Below are positions 20,069 to 30,142 of a DNA stretch of 64,000 nucleotides, piece after piece (the first letter of the stretch is position 1; the number at the start of each line of letters is the position of its first letter). Both the position numbers and the translations under genes were made by a program. The notes beneath the pieces are model-generated. The model was not told the DNA's origin, did no database searches, and was given only the letters and a program-made list of their open reading frames with translations. Source of the DNA: Candidatus Poribacteria bacterium (GTDB lineage: Bacteria; Poribacteria; WGA-4E; WGA-3G); the NCBI GenBank assembly GCA_965205015.1, contig OZ242029.1, positions 480,001 to 544,000 of the forward strand. The letters are read 5' to 3'.

Positions 20069-20992
20069 ATGGACGGAGCGATTCGTGTGGTGGAACAGTT
20101 GAAAGGTCCCGTCGTACCGGTGAATGTCTGCTTTGGTGACGATGACTCACTGGATATCAGTGCAATGCGGAAATACGTCAACTGGTTGTGTGAGCAGAAC
20201 GTTCCAGTGATTCTCCTCACGTATGGTAGTAGCGAATTCTGTAGCCTGACAGACGAAGAAATCTGGCAGTTGACTGCGGAGCTCGCAGAAGAAATATCAG
20301 GTCGCTCGCTTTTCATCGCTTCAACGGGTTGGTGGCATCCCGGACAGTGCAGAGAGTTTTTGAAACACTGCGATGACGTGGGTGTAGACGCTGTCAAGAT
20401 ACAGATTCATCCGGGTTTAGGGGTGAAGCGCGAGGTCATCGTTGGCTACTTTGATAGCATTCAGGAGGCCGCGCCGATGCCCTTGTTGGTTTGGGGAGCA
20501 TGGCAAGACCCCTATCCTGTGGACATCGTTGCTGAGTTAGCCAAACGTCCGGAAGTGGTCGGTATCAAGAATGACGGTCATCCGTTCTATGCTTACTATG
20601 ACATCATTCGTGCAACCACCGACGAGAATTTTGTGGTGATCAGCGGTGGGCAGATGCGTAATTTCATGTTCGGCTACCCGATCGGTTCAACCGCATATCT
20701 CTGTACCATTGCTCCCTTCCGACCCGACATTGCGTTGGAATTCTACGATGCTTTAACCGCAGGGCGCAACGATGATGCACATGAGATTATCTTTCGCTAT
20801 GAAGAACCTTGGCTCAAGGTAGCAACAAGATTGGAATGGTTACCAAGCATCAAATCAGCACTGCATCTTCACGGACTCTATCCCAACCATCGCCTTCGAA
20901 CGCCTGCTGTTTCGCACACAGACGAGAAACATCACGAAGTACAAACGGTGTTGGAGCAGGTCTTTGGGAACATCAAACTTGTGCGACTCTAA
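20069..20992 (+). CDS. DHDPS/NAL family aldolase or dehydratase
   Basis: GSSEFCSLT..E motif, Schiff-base Lys in VVGIKND. Confidence 0.8.
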   Translation: MDGAIRVVEQLKGPVVPVNVCFGDDDSLDISAMRKYVNWLCEQNVPVILLTYGSSEFCSLTDEEIWQLTAELAEEISGRSLFIASTGWWHPGQCREFLKHCDDVGVDAVKIQIHPGLGVKREVIVGYFDSIQEAAPMPLLVWGAWQDPYPVDIVAELAKRPEVVGIKNDGHPFYAYYDIIRATTDENFVVISGGQMRNFMFGYPIGSTAYLCTIAPFRPDIALEFYDALTAGRNDDAHEIIFRYEEPWLKVATRLEWLPSIKSALHLHGLYPNHRLRTPAVSHTDEKHHEVQTVLEQVFGNIKLVRL

Positions 20993-21073
20993 TTGATGGA
21001 CGCAAATGGTTAAACCCTATTCAGCCGTGATATCAACGATCGTTCTCAATCTACTCGATGTACGCATACGCCA

Positions 21074-21961
21074 ATGAACCAAACAACTGAGATTACAGCA
21101 GAGAATGTGTGCGATTTTCTTAAAAAATTCGCTACAGATATATCTGTTGAAGATCTAAAACCTATATCCAATCGCCACCGCGGGGGTGATAACCTTACTT
21201 TCTACTACCGCGACGATGCTATCCTCAAGATTGCGCGTAATGCCTATCGAGCCAGGCTTCTAAAAGAAGCTAAACTCACAGAATACCTACACACATTATC
21301 CATGCCTTTCACTGTCGCAAAACCGATCATGGTACACGACAAGGGATTCTATGCGGTGTTTTCAAGAATCAAGGGTTCTTCACTACCCATAGAAGCACTT
21401 GAGAAATTTACCACCAGAGAATTAGAATCCTTTGGCAAATCTCTCGGAACCTCTCTCACCTTTCTACACAGGCACAAATTTCCAGATGAGGTCTTAGACT
21501 ATATCCCACACGCTGATGACCCTTTCGCAATGGCAATTCGTGACACAAGGCAACAACTTGCCTTTATTGCGGAAAATACTACAGAAGTCGATACAAATCG
21601 ATGGCGTGAAAAACTGGAAAACCTGCAGGAATCCTTAGATCAGAGGTGGGCTGTCGTTCACACCGATCTCCAAATAAACCATCTGTTTTTTGTACAGGAA
21701 GATCTTGAACAGCTCGTCATTATTGATTGGGCTGATGCTTTGCTGCACGATCCAGCGATAGATCTATCTGAGTTCGCTATAGAGATGTATTCAGATTTAC
21801 CGCCTGATGGTATTGTTGCCAAAAAGGTTATTGACGTGGTCCTGAAGTATTATCAGACAGATGATGCTGCGATTACAGAGAAGATTGAATTTGGACTTCT
21901 GGTTTTTGAAATTGGACGCGCCTACCAACGGGTCAGGAATTCGGTCGGACAGCCTAAATAA
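21074..21961 (+). CDS. Aminoglycoside phosphotransferase (APH)-family kinase
   Basis: ILKIAR, HTDLQINH, IIDWAD, DPAIDL. Confidence 0.8.
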   Translation: MNQTTEITAENVCDFLKKFATDISVEDLKPISNRHRGGDNLTFYYRDDAILKIARNAYRARLLKEAKLTEYLHTLSMPFTVAKPIMVHDKGFYAVFSRIKGSSLPIEALEKFTTRELESFGKSLGTSLTFLHRHKFPDEVLDYIPHADDPFAMAIRDTRQQLAFIAENTTEVDTNRWREKLENLQESLDQRWAVVHTDLQINHLFFVQEDLEQLVIIDWADALLHDPAIDLSEFAIEMYSDLPPDGIVAKKVIDVVLKYYQTDDAAITEKIEFGLLVFEIGRAYQRVRNSVGQPK

Positions 21962-22174
21962 TGTCTGATTTGTATACACACCCCAAGCTTGACCCTCTCC
22001 TAACTTATTTGGCGAAACCTGCCCTCTCCCGAATTTCGCCGTTGCTGTTTTTCTGAAGATGGTGTATATTACACCTAACTGTTTTTAAGGTTATAGCCGT
22101 TTTGGATCGTCAAGCTACCGTAATCAATAGGTTTTCTGTGTCTACAAACTCATCTGATGCAGGAAGGAGATTTT

Positions 22175-23341
22175 ATGAAAATTAAAGAAATTCGCGTCGT
22201 AGAAATCGAACTAAACCCAAAACCGACAACAACGCCGCGCACACCGAGTCGATCCGGAACATATCAATTGAATCGACCCATCACACGTTATCCCTCATTC
22301 AACAGAAAAGAAGGACACGTTTCCTATTCGGAATGGAAACGTCCCGCCTGCATTATAACGGCGGAAGATGGGACATGGGGTTTCGGTATCTCGCTTTATG
22401 GCGGTCCCGTAACCCGAATCATCTCAGATCACTTTGTCCCCTTCCTCGTTGGCGAAAATTGCATGGCAACTGAAAAAATATGGGACATGATGGTGCGATT
22501 GTCAGCTGCCTTCGGCGCAACCGGCTTGACGAGTTACGCCATCAGCGCGGTGGATTGTGCGTTGTGGGACCTCAAAGGCAAAATTTTGGGACGACCGGTT
22601 TATGAACTCCTCGGCGGACCGCAAAAAGAAAAGATTTTCTGCTACGCCTCTGGGTTCGATCAGGAATGGTACATGGAACTCGGATTCAAAGCCACAAAAC
22701 TCTTCACACCGTGGGGTCCAGAGCAAGGAAAAGAAGGCTTAGGCAAGTTGGAAGAATTGGTAGCAACGACACGGGAAGCGATTGGCGATAACGTTGACTT
22801 GATGTTGGACGCTTGGACCGGTTTTGACATAGAACATACCGTCCGCGTCTGTGAAACGATGAAGCCTTACGGGTTGAAGTGGATGGAGGACTATATCCGT
22901 GCCGATGATTTTGTCGGCTACGAGACGGTGCGTCAACGCCTCCCTTGGCAAACGCTCGCTACTGGCGAACATTGGTATCTGCCGACTGTCTTTGCGGAGG
23001 CGGCAGGACGACGGCTGGTTGACATCTTCCAACCGGACGTTTTGTGGTGCGGCGGCATTACATCGGCAGCAAAGATTTGTCACATTGCTGAGGCGAATGG
23101 AATTTCCGTGATTACACACGGTGGCATGAACTATCCCTATGGTCAACATCTCGCCTTTGCGATGCCTGCCATCACGTGGGGTGAACGCTCCGAGGGTGTA
23201 TCTGCCCCCGGTGTCCCTCTGGAGGAGATGGTCAAGTTGCCTGGCACTTCTGTTATCAAAGACGGCTATGTCGCTCCATCAGATGCCCCCGGCTTCGGTC
23301 TCGAAATTGATGAGGCATGGATAGAGAGTGTAATGGCATGA
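22175..23341 (+). CDS. Mandelate racemase/enolase superfamily acid-sugar dehydratase (rhamnonate dehydratase-like)
   Basis: SAVDCALWDLKGK, LMLDAW, WMED, ATGEH, QPDVLWCGGIT, PGFG; GGAG RBS. Confidence 0.85.
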   Translation: MKIKEIRVVEIELNPKPTTTPRTPSRSGTYQLNRPITRYPSFNRKEGHVSYSEWKRPACIITAEDGTWGFGISLYGGPVTRIISDHFVPFLVGENCMATEKIWDMMVRLSAAFGATGLTSYAISAVDCALWDLKGKILGRPVYELLGGPQKEKIFCYASGFDQEWYMELGFKATKLFTPWGPEQGKEGLGKLEELVATTREAIGDNVDLMLDAWTGFDIEHTVRVCETMKPYGLKWMEDYIRADDFVGYETVRQRLPWQTLATGEHWYLPTVFAEAAGRRLVDIFQPDVLWCGGITSAAKICHIAEANGISVITHGGMNYPYGQHLAFAMPAITWGERSEGVSAPGVPLEEMVKLPGTSVIKDGYVAPSDAPGFGLEIDEAWIESVMA

Positions 23342-24111
23342 ATGACGAAATTACGATTGCCAATCGAGCGCGGTGGGAAGCCGAAGTCTTGAAAAAGAAC
23401 GGCTTTACTGTGCCGTGGCTTGACCTCGATAGAGATGATATTCTGCAATATGCTGAAGGGCAGCTTGACCCGATTCCGTATCATCTCTATCAAATCTATC
23501 CCGCGTATCTACTCAGAGATGTTGCGCGCAAAGATGTGTTGTGCCTTGCCGCAGGTGGAGGACAGCAATCAGCGGTATTCGGTCTGCTTGATGCCCGTGT
23601 GACGGTGATTGATTTCACGCGGGGGCAGCTTGACGGAGATATAACGGCTGCGAAGCATTACGGCTATTACGTAGAAACGCGACGCCTCAATATGCGAGAT
23701 CTGTCCGCAATTGAGGACGCATCGTTTGATTTTGTCTATCAGGGTCCCTCCATGAGTTGGGTGCCATCCGTTCATGAAATCTATAGAGGCGTAGCGAGGA
23801 TCATCCGTCCGGGAGGTCAGTATCGCGTGGATTTCGGCAATCCCGCCAATCATTTTTGGGAGTGGGATGGTGAATTCTATCGTGTTACCGAACCGTATTC
23901 TGAGCGCGTTTTCAGGTATCCAGACGGCGCATTCGATTTCCGGCACTACCTGAGTGATATATTCAATGGACTCGTGGACAACGGTTTTCGGATTGAGCGG
24001 GTTGAGGAACGTTCTTGGATCCAGCCAGATATTAATGCTACACCGGGAAGTTGGACGCACGAGATGGCTTACAACGTGAGTTTTGCTATCGTCGCGAAGA
24101 AAGACGGATAG
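23338..24111 (+). CDS. Class I SAM-dependent methyltransferase
   Basis: VLCLAAGGGQ motif I, SFDFV, IRPGG; ATGA coupling to the upstream gene. Confidence 0.85.
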   Translation: MNDEITIANRARWEAEVLKKNGFTVPWLDLDRDDILQYAEGQLDPIPYHLYQIYPAYLLRDVARKDVLCLAAGGGQQSAVFGLLDARVTVIDFTRGQLDGDITAAKHYGYYVETRRLNMRDLSAIEDASFDFVYQGPSMSWVPSVHEIYRGVARIIRPGGQYRVDFGNPANHFWEWDGEFYRVTEPYSERVFRYPDGAFDFRHYLSDIFNGLVDNGFRIERVEERSWIQPDINATPGSWTHEMAYNVSFAIVAKKDG

Positions 24112-24207
24112 ATCTGAAAGACAGAGGTTTACTGTGGAGGAACTAAGTCTTCGCAAGGCGCACGCAAGCGAGCGTGAAAGTTTTACCCATTTCCAGATGG
24201 AGAAAAG

Positions 24208-24232
24208 GTAATAGGCACACGCCGTGTGCCGT
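24208..24232 (+). repeat. REP-like palindrome
   Basis: GTAATA-GGCACAC-GCC-GTGTGCC-GT in the intergenic gap. Confidence 0.5.
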
Positions 24233-24254
24233 CGCTGGAGCATATAGATCCATA

Positions 24255-25208
24255 ATGGCTATTGATTTCGTTGAAGCACTCTCCACAGATAACTTGACTG
24301 CCATAAGAGCAGCCCCTAAAACCGATGTTCACTCCCATTCTTTTTTAAGTGCACGTCGAGAGAATGCAGAGCGTTGGCTCGGACGTCCGCTCACCAAACC
24401 GCCTCTCAAAATGAAAGGACTTGGCGGGATGATGGAATACATAGATGCTGCTTTAGCACCGCACTTAGAACACCGCCAAGGTTTTGAGTTCATTGTGGTG
24501 TCAGCGATAGATGACGCAGTCCAAGATGGTGTCGTTATACTTGAAATGAGTTTCGACATCCGGTTGCTTAAGTTTTATCCGGGGGGGTTGACCGAACTTC
24601 GCGCATTTATTGAACTGTTAGTTGAGCGGTATCGGGAGCACATTGATTTGCGTCCTGAACTCGGCGTTGCGCGCGAGTGTGCCGCCGATCCAAAATGGAT
24701 GAAATTGGCACATCAAGCAATAGAATTGGCGTTTTTTCAATCAATCGATCTGTATAGCCATCAAGAGGCGTGTGCACCTGAAGCCGTGCAGTCCTTATAT
24801 GCCAAGGCACGCGAAGTAGGGATGAAACTCAAAGCACACGTTGGCGAGTTTGGCGGTGCAGAAGAAGTCCGACGAACCGTCGAAGTCTTGGATTTGGATG
24901 AGGTTCAACACGGCATTGGTGCTGCGGAATCGGTTGAAGTTATGCGGTGGCTTTCGGAGAATCAGATACAATTGAACGTGTGTCCAACGAGCAATGTGAT
25001 GTTAGACGCAGTGCGGGATCTCGCCTCACATCCGATCCGCATCTTATTTGACAACGGTGTGTCGGTGACCATTAACACAGATGATCTGATGATATTCGGT
25101 CAGAGCGTCTCCGAAGAGTATCGGAATCTTTACCGCGCAGGCGTCTTCAGCGCGCAAGAATTGGACGATATTCGGTGCGCCTCTCTCTCACCTTCGCCAA
25201 TTGCGTAA
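24255..25208 (+). CDS. Adenosine/adenine deaminase family protein (copy 1)
   Basis: PKTDVHSH, KAHVGE, QHGI, CPTSN, NTDD. Confidence 0.9.
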   Translation: MAIDFVEALSTDNLTAIRAAPKTDVHSHSFLSARRENAERWLGRPLTKPPLKMKGLGGMMEYIDAALAPHLEHRQGFEFIVVSAIDDAVQDGVVILEMSFDIRLLKFYPGGLTELRAFIELLVERYREHIDLRPELGVARECAADPKWMKLAHQAIELAFFQSIDLYSHQEACAPEAVQSLYAKAREVGMKLKAHVGEFGGAEEVRRTVEVLDLDEVQHGIGAAESVEVMRWLSENQIQLNVCPTSNVMLDAVRDLASHPIRILFDNGVSVTINTDDLMIFGQSVSEEYRNLYRAGVFSAQELDDIRCASLSPSPIA

Positions 25209-25222
25209 AGGAGAAATCAACT

Positions 25223-25711
25223 GTGTCCAATACACAGACATGGCACATTCGACACGCTCTACCGAGTGAAGTTGAGTATTTGAGTGGACTCGCATTCCGT
25301 TCCAAGTCGTATTGGGGCTATTCCGACCGATTTATGCAGGCATGCCTTGAGGAACTCACGGTTGACGAGTGCTACATTGAGAACAACCCTACTTTTGTGA
25401 TTGAAGCTGCAGGAAACCTCGTAGGATTCTATGCGTTAGAACACATCTCTGCTGTCGAAGCAGAATTGAGTTTTCTATTTGTTGACCCAACCTTTATTGG
25501 AAAAGGTTACGGTCGAAAGTTAATGATGCACGCGCAAGAAAAAGCACGGCACCTCGGATACAGTAAAATGATTATTCAAGGAGACCCGAACGCCGAACGA
25601 TTCTATCGCTCAGCGGGAGGTTCGGTAGTCGGCACAAGGAAGTCTGCGAGTATTCCCAATCGTGAACTTCCTATATTCTGTATCAATTTGAAAGAATCAG
25701 ACAAATCCTAA
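25223..25711 (+). CDS. GNAT N-acetyltransferase
   Basis: SKSYWGY, FVDPTFIGKGYGRKL, DPNAERFY; AAGGAG RBS before GTG. Confidence 0.85.
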   Translation: MSNTQTWHIRHALPSEVEYLSGLAFRSKSYWGYSDRFMQACLEELTVDECYIENNPTFVIEAAGNLVGFYALEHISAVEAELSFLFVDPTFIGKGYGRKLMMHAQEKARHLGYSKMIIQGDPNAERFYRSAGGSVVGTRKSASIPNRELPIFCINLKESDKS

Positions 25712-25976
25712 GGAGTGTGCACAAAGCGATAACCGAAATATAGACTGAAGATTGTCGTTTCCATTTTTAAATCTCGTTGAAGCCTTATGCACACCGATCC
25801 CGGCAGCATAAGGTTTTTTTGTCAGTTCACAGATTTCCAAAATTTACGACTATATCGCAAAACGCAATTCCCACGCGCCGTTTTGTTTCTCCGAAATATA
25901 GGCAATCGGCAATTTATTCTGTTTCAAGCACTTACCTCACGAAACAATTCCAAAAAATCCATTTTTTTTTATAAGA

Positions 25977-26010
25977 TGCACGTTTTCTATCCCAAAATTT
26001 TGTCTTTAAT
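25977..26010 (+). promoter_or_regulatory. Putative ECF-type promoter of the ABC-DUF5916-ECF operon
   Basis: TGCACGTTTT-N14-TGTCTTTAAT, very similar to 61916..61949. Confidence 0.55.
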
Positions 26011-26084
26011 AATTAAGTGCACAGTGATACAAACGTGTTGGATTTTTGAATTTTAGAAAACCGACATTCAAGGAGTCGTAAAAA

Positions 26085-27854
26085 ATGTCAACAGAGAATC
26101 CAAAGGCTGTTGGAAAGCGATTTTTAAAAGGTGTTTTCCGATACTGGCCCCAGATTGTTAAAACCACGTTGTGCATGACTGTAATGGTGGGTTTCTCGCT
26201 GCTGATACCTCTTTTTACAAAATTGGTAATAGACAGAGCGATCACACAACAGGACCAAAAATTGCTCTGGATCGTCTGCCTTGGCGGTGTTGGTTCCATC
26301 TGCGTGTATGTTTTACTTTCTCTTATACGTGACCGATTCTATATCTATACGACAAGGCGGATCCTGCTCGATTTCCGGAATCGGTTTTTCCAACACCTCC
26401 TGCGGCTTCCGATGCCGAGTCTCACCAAAAGGCAAACGGGGGAGTATGGTTCGATGGTCATTAACGATGTAGATGCGATTCTGACGAGTGCAACGTATAA
26501 TGTCCTTCATTTCTTTACAGACACGCTGTCAGCGGCCGCCATTATCACGATAATGTTTTACTTCAATTGGAGGTTGGCACTGATCGCACTGATTGTTGTT
26601 CCGCTTAATGGACTCACTTACGTCTACTTTCGACCGCATTTTCATAAGGCGACCCTAAAGAGACAAGAAGCGACAGCGGCGACGTTCTCATACGTGCAGC
26701 AAACTTTATCAGCGATTCGACTGGTAAAGTCCTTTTCGGCAGAGAAACATCATAACCGCTCCTTCTTTCGAGAATCCAAATTGTTGCTTTTTGCCCAAGC
26801 AAAGGTCTCGGTTTTAGAATCGATTGCTGGTAACATTAGTCAGTTCGTGGTAAGAACGCAACCCATCGTGATTATCTGCTTTGGCGGTCTGGAAGTCTTA
26901 GAAAACCGATTGACGATCGGTGAGTTGGTTGCCTTCTCGGCATATCTTGAATACCTGTCTGCTCCCGTATATCGTATCCTCCACTTCCACCTTGGACTCG
27001 CCGCGACGAAAGCGGTCCTCCAGCGTCTTTTCCAAGTTCTTGATTTACCGGATGAACACAATGGAAACGAAGATCTGGAAAAGAAAAAACTTGACGACGT
27101 CGTCGGGCAGATTCAGTTTCAGTCTGTACGTTTTGCATATCAAGAGGTTGAAGTTCTTAAAGACATCAATTTGGAGGTCCGTCCAGGTAGCATTGTCGCG
27201 CTTGTTGGACCTTCGGGTTCCGGCAAAACCACACTGACGAATCTAATTCCTCGCCTGTATGAACCGAATGCCGGTCGTCTTCTGCTTGATGGACATGATT
27301 TGCAAACTTTAGACCTGAAATTCCTAAGACAGCAGATCGGCATTGTGCCACAAGAACCGGTTCTCTTTGATGTGAGTATCAAAGATAATATCCGATATGG
27401 GTGTCCCTCCGCAACAGACGAGGCCGTCTACGCCGCAGCGCAAGCTGCGAATATACACGAGTTCATTGTGTCTCTGCCGGACGGATACGAGACGCAGATC
27501 GGTGAACGCGGTTTCAAGTTGTCTGGTGGTCAAAAACAGCGCGTCGCGATTGCCATGGCAATCTTGAAAAATCCAAAAATTTTAATCTTGGATGAGGCAA
27601 CGAGCGCGCTGGATTCACAATCCGAGACACTCATCCAAGAGGCACTCCAAAATGTCATGAAACAGCGGACGACCTTTGTGATCGCTCACCGCCTCTCTAC
27701 AATCCAGAATGCAGACCAGATTGTGGTTATGGATCAGGGAGAGATCGTCGAAGTTGGAAGTCATTCTGAACTGTTAGCGTCCGGCAAACTCTATAGTCAA
27801 TTATATCGTGAGCAGTTCAAATCGCTCTTAGATTCACCAGAAAGGAACGTCTAA
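26085..27854 (+). CDS. ABC exporter (MsbA/Sav1866-like, TMD plus NBD)
   Basis: GPSGSGKT, LSGGQKQR, ILDEATS, AHRL. Confidence 0.92.
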   Translation: MSTENPKAVGKRFLKGVFRYWPQIVKTTLCMTVMVGFSLLIPLFTKLVIDRAITQQDQKLLWIVCLGGVGSICVYVLLSLIRDRFYIYTTRRILLDFRNRFFQHLLRLPMPSLTKRQTGEYGSMVINDVDAILTSATYNVLHFFTDTLSAAAIITIMFYFNWRLALIALIVVPLNGLTYVYFRPHFHKATLKRQEATAATFSYVQQTLSAIRLVKSFSAEKHHNRSFFRESKLLLFAQAKVSVLESIAGNISQFVVRTQPIVIICFGGLEVLENRLTIGELVAFSAYLEYLSAPVYRILHFHLGLAATKAVLQRLFQVLDLPDEHNGNEDLEKKKLDDVVGQIQFQSVRFAYQEVEVLKDINLEVRPGSIVALVGPSGSGKTTLTNLIPRLYEPNAGRLLLDGHDLQTLDLKFLRQQIGIVPQEPVLFDVSIKDNIRYGCPSATDEAVYAAAQAANIHEFIVSLPDGYETQIGERGFKLSGGQKQRVAIAMAILKNPKILILDEATSALDSQSETLIQEALQNVMKQRTTFVIAHRLSTIQNADQIVVMDQGEIVEVGSHSELLASGKLYSQLYREQFKSLLDSPERNV

Positions 27855-28050
27855 GCGGAAACATTCTGATGTACCAATTATTGTTAAGAATTTTTACCAA
27901 CTTTGGGAGTTAAGATATACAGAAATCTCAGAAGACTATCTGGCAATGCGCAAGGAATTCGCTGAAATGTATGGGCAGGACGAGGTTTTTCTGAGTCGTT
28001 TTCCGCGCCCGGTGCCGGAGTCGCTTAGAATATCAGACACTCCGAATTAA
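27847..28050 (+). other. Unannotated open frame of 67 sense codons (ACG start, or 34-aa peptide from ATG 27946)
   Basis: Stop-free frame SKRKHSDVPIIVKNFYQLWELRY...PESLRISDTPN filling the gap between the ABC and DUF5916 genes. Confidence 0.4.
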
Positions 28051-28068
28051 TTTAGGATAAAAGAATTG

Positions 28069-30054
28069 ATGATTTACTTCACGTCCTATTGGAAAATTTT
28101 ACTGAGTGCTATGGCTTTTTTCATAGCGACACACCTCGTTGCCGAGTCTCAGACGATAGAAGCGATTAAACTTCACACGCCTCCGACGATTGATGGTAAA
28201 CTTGATGATGCGTGTTGGCAACGCGTGACAGCGGTCGACGCATTTAAAGTTGCGGAGTTGGAGACCACAGTGCCAGACAAAACGGAAGTCTATCTCGGAT
28301 TCGATGACGAAGCCCTCTATGTCGGTTTTCGTTGTGTTCAAGAAGCAGCATCCATCATTGCGAACCAGACGCGAAGGGACGGGAGCTTTCAATATGAGGA
28401 CCATGTTGCCATATATCTCGATACACATCATGACCGCCGGCGTTCCTATTGCTTTGCTGTGAGTCCCCTTGGCATACAACGCGACGAAAAACAGGGTGAC
28501 TTGGGGTGGGATGGCGAATGGAGTGCCGCTGCAATCATAGAACCGTCCGTGTGGACGGTCGAGATGAAAATCCCTTACGACATACTTGATATGCCGCAGG
28601 CTGCGAAACAGACATGGGGACTTAACCTCGTGCGCCGTCATCAAAACCTCGATCGGACCAGTATCTGGGCGGACACGGGTGTTAACGTTTCTGACGCGAA
28701 TCAATTCGGGACGTTGACGAATCTTGAATTCAATCCCCAAGATACTGGAAAGAAGTTCCAGATCGGTGGGTACTTCTCCGGTAAAGCTGAGGATTTCTCA
28801 ACAACAGAAGATCTCTCAAGGCGATTAACAGCGACGGTCGGTGGGGATGTCTCCTATAAACTAACACCCAGTACCGCTTTCATTGGCACAGTGAACCCCG
28901 ACTTTAGCCATATTGAGTCGGAGGTTCAGGGAATCGTTTTGTCCGATCTGGAGCAACGCTTAACCGACCGACGTCCCTTCTTTCAGGAAGACGGACGAAT
29001 TTTCAGAGCACCTATTGCCCTTTTTTACAGTCGACGCATCGGTGAGATGGCATACGGGGCGAAACTCATCGGTAAAACTGGAAAAGCAACGTACGGATTG
29101 ATGAATGTCAAAGAGACAGCGGATGAGAGTCACAACGTTTTGCTACGCGGACTTTGGGACGCAGGCAATGCATCCTCACTGGGACTCTTTTTCGCCTCGA
29201 AAGAGATACCGGGGTCGTATAACAGGTCCGTCGCTCTTGATGGCTCCGTTCGTTTACCGAAGGCACTGAACTTTGTTACATCCTATGCAGGAAATTGGGA
29301 ACCGCATCAGGAAAACACACGTGCCTTCATCGCGGAAGTCAAGCGGAAAGGCAACCCCATTTTGAGTCTCGTCTATCGCGACTTCTCGGGAGGCTTCAAT
29401 CCTGTCAATGGCTACGTTCGGCTCACGGACATTCGGCAACCAAGTTTCTGGGGGGTGTATCGTTGGCCCGTCGAGAAAGGCTTTTTGCGAAGCGTTAACT
29501 TCGAGTCTGTCCAATCTGTGACGTGGAATCAAGACGGCGAAAAAACACGAGGCAACCACTTTCAACTGATCGGTTTCGATCTGGGAGAAAAGATAGAGAC
29601 GGGATTCTTTTACAGAAACTGGTCTTATGATGTTCACTCGAACTGGATAGTGGCAGCACAGACAACATATAACCGTCAGAGACCTGACCGCATTTTTGTC
29701 GTCTATCAACACGGCGAGTTTGAGGGTGCCACGGCAACATTTGTTACGACAGCGATGAACTTAATCCCGTTCCGCTTTTTGTCGGTAGGTATTGAAGGCG
29801 AAAATCTCTGGCAGACGTTTCCAGACGGACGCAAGACTCGCAATTTTTCTGTTCGTGCAAGCATGAATCTTGAGATAGGAACCGAAAGGTGGGTAACGGT
29901 TCGGCTGCGTTCAGCACGTGAACATAAACCGAATTTCAATGCGGTCTTTAAATATACTTTTATTGAAAATCTTGTGTTATACATTGTCTACGGGGACCAG
30001 CACGCCCCTGAGACAATCAACCAACTCTTTACAAAAATTGCCTTCAATTGGTAA
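28069..30054 (+). CDS. CBM9-like / DUF5916 outer-membrane protein
   Basis: Signal peptide, PTIDGKLDD..W, NPDFSHIE, RPFFQED, FYSRRIG, terminal aromatic residue (AFNW). Confidence 0.85.
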   Translation: MIYFTSYWKILLSAMAFFIATHLVAESQTIEAIKLHTPPTIDGKLDDACWQRVTAVDAFKVAELETTVPDKTEVYLGFDDEALYVGFRCVQEAASIIANQTRRDGSFQYEDHVAIYLDTHHDRRRSYCFAVSPLGIQRDEKQGDLGWDGEWSAAAIIEPSVWTVEMKIPYDILDMPQAAKQTWGLNLVRRHQNLDRTSIWADTGVNVSDANQFGTLTNLEFNPQDTGKKFQIGGYFSGKAEDFSTTEDLSRRLTATVGGDVSYKLTPSTAFIGTVNPDFSHIESEVQGIVLSDLEQRLTDRRPFFQEDGRIFRAPIALFYSRRIGEMAYGAKLIGKTGKATYGLMNVKETADESHNVLLRGLWDAGNASSLGLFFASKEIPGSYNRSVALDGSVRLPKALNFVTSYAGNWEPHQENTRAFIAEVKRKGNPILSLVYRDFSGGFNPVNGYVRLTDIRQPSFWGVYRWPVEKGFLRSVNFESVQSVTWNQDGEKTRGNHFQLIGFDLGEKIETGFFYRNWSYDVHSNWIVAAQTTYNRQRPDRIFVVYQHGEFEGATATFVTTAMNLIPFRFLSVGIEGENLWQTFPDGRKTRNFSVRASMNLEIGTERWVTVRLRSAREHKPNFNAVFKYTFIENLVLYIVYGDQHAPETINQLFTKIAFNW

Positions 30055-30100
30055 TTCACCTTATAATCAGATTGTATAAACCGTTCTAATTAAATCTATT

Positions 30101-30125
30101 GTCGAGTGCGGACACTCGAACCTAC
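30101..30125 (-). repeat. GTAG-type REP-like palindrome
   Basis: Minus strand GTAG-GT-TCGAGTG-TCCG-CACTCGA, 7-bp perfect stem. Confidence 0.55.
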
Positions 30126-30142
30126 AGTTTAGGGGGTTTCTG

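Noticed and set aside
21074-21961. Calling the APH-family genes antibiotic resistance determinants
   Set aside because: Only fold-level kinase motifs are visible; substrate cannot be inferred
23569-24243. 224-aa antisense ORF, and similar shadow ORFs such as 28099..28740 and 47973..48665
   Set aside because: They overlap well-supported genes and have no recognisable motifs; the first starts in a palindromic repeat
25777-26056. Short ORFs upstream of the ABC exporter as RiPP precursors
   Set aside because: They are low-complexity AT-rich translations overlapping the promoter region, with no leader motif, no peptidase domain on the exporter and no adjacent modifying enzyme
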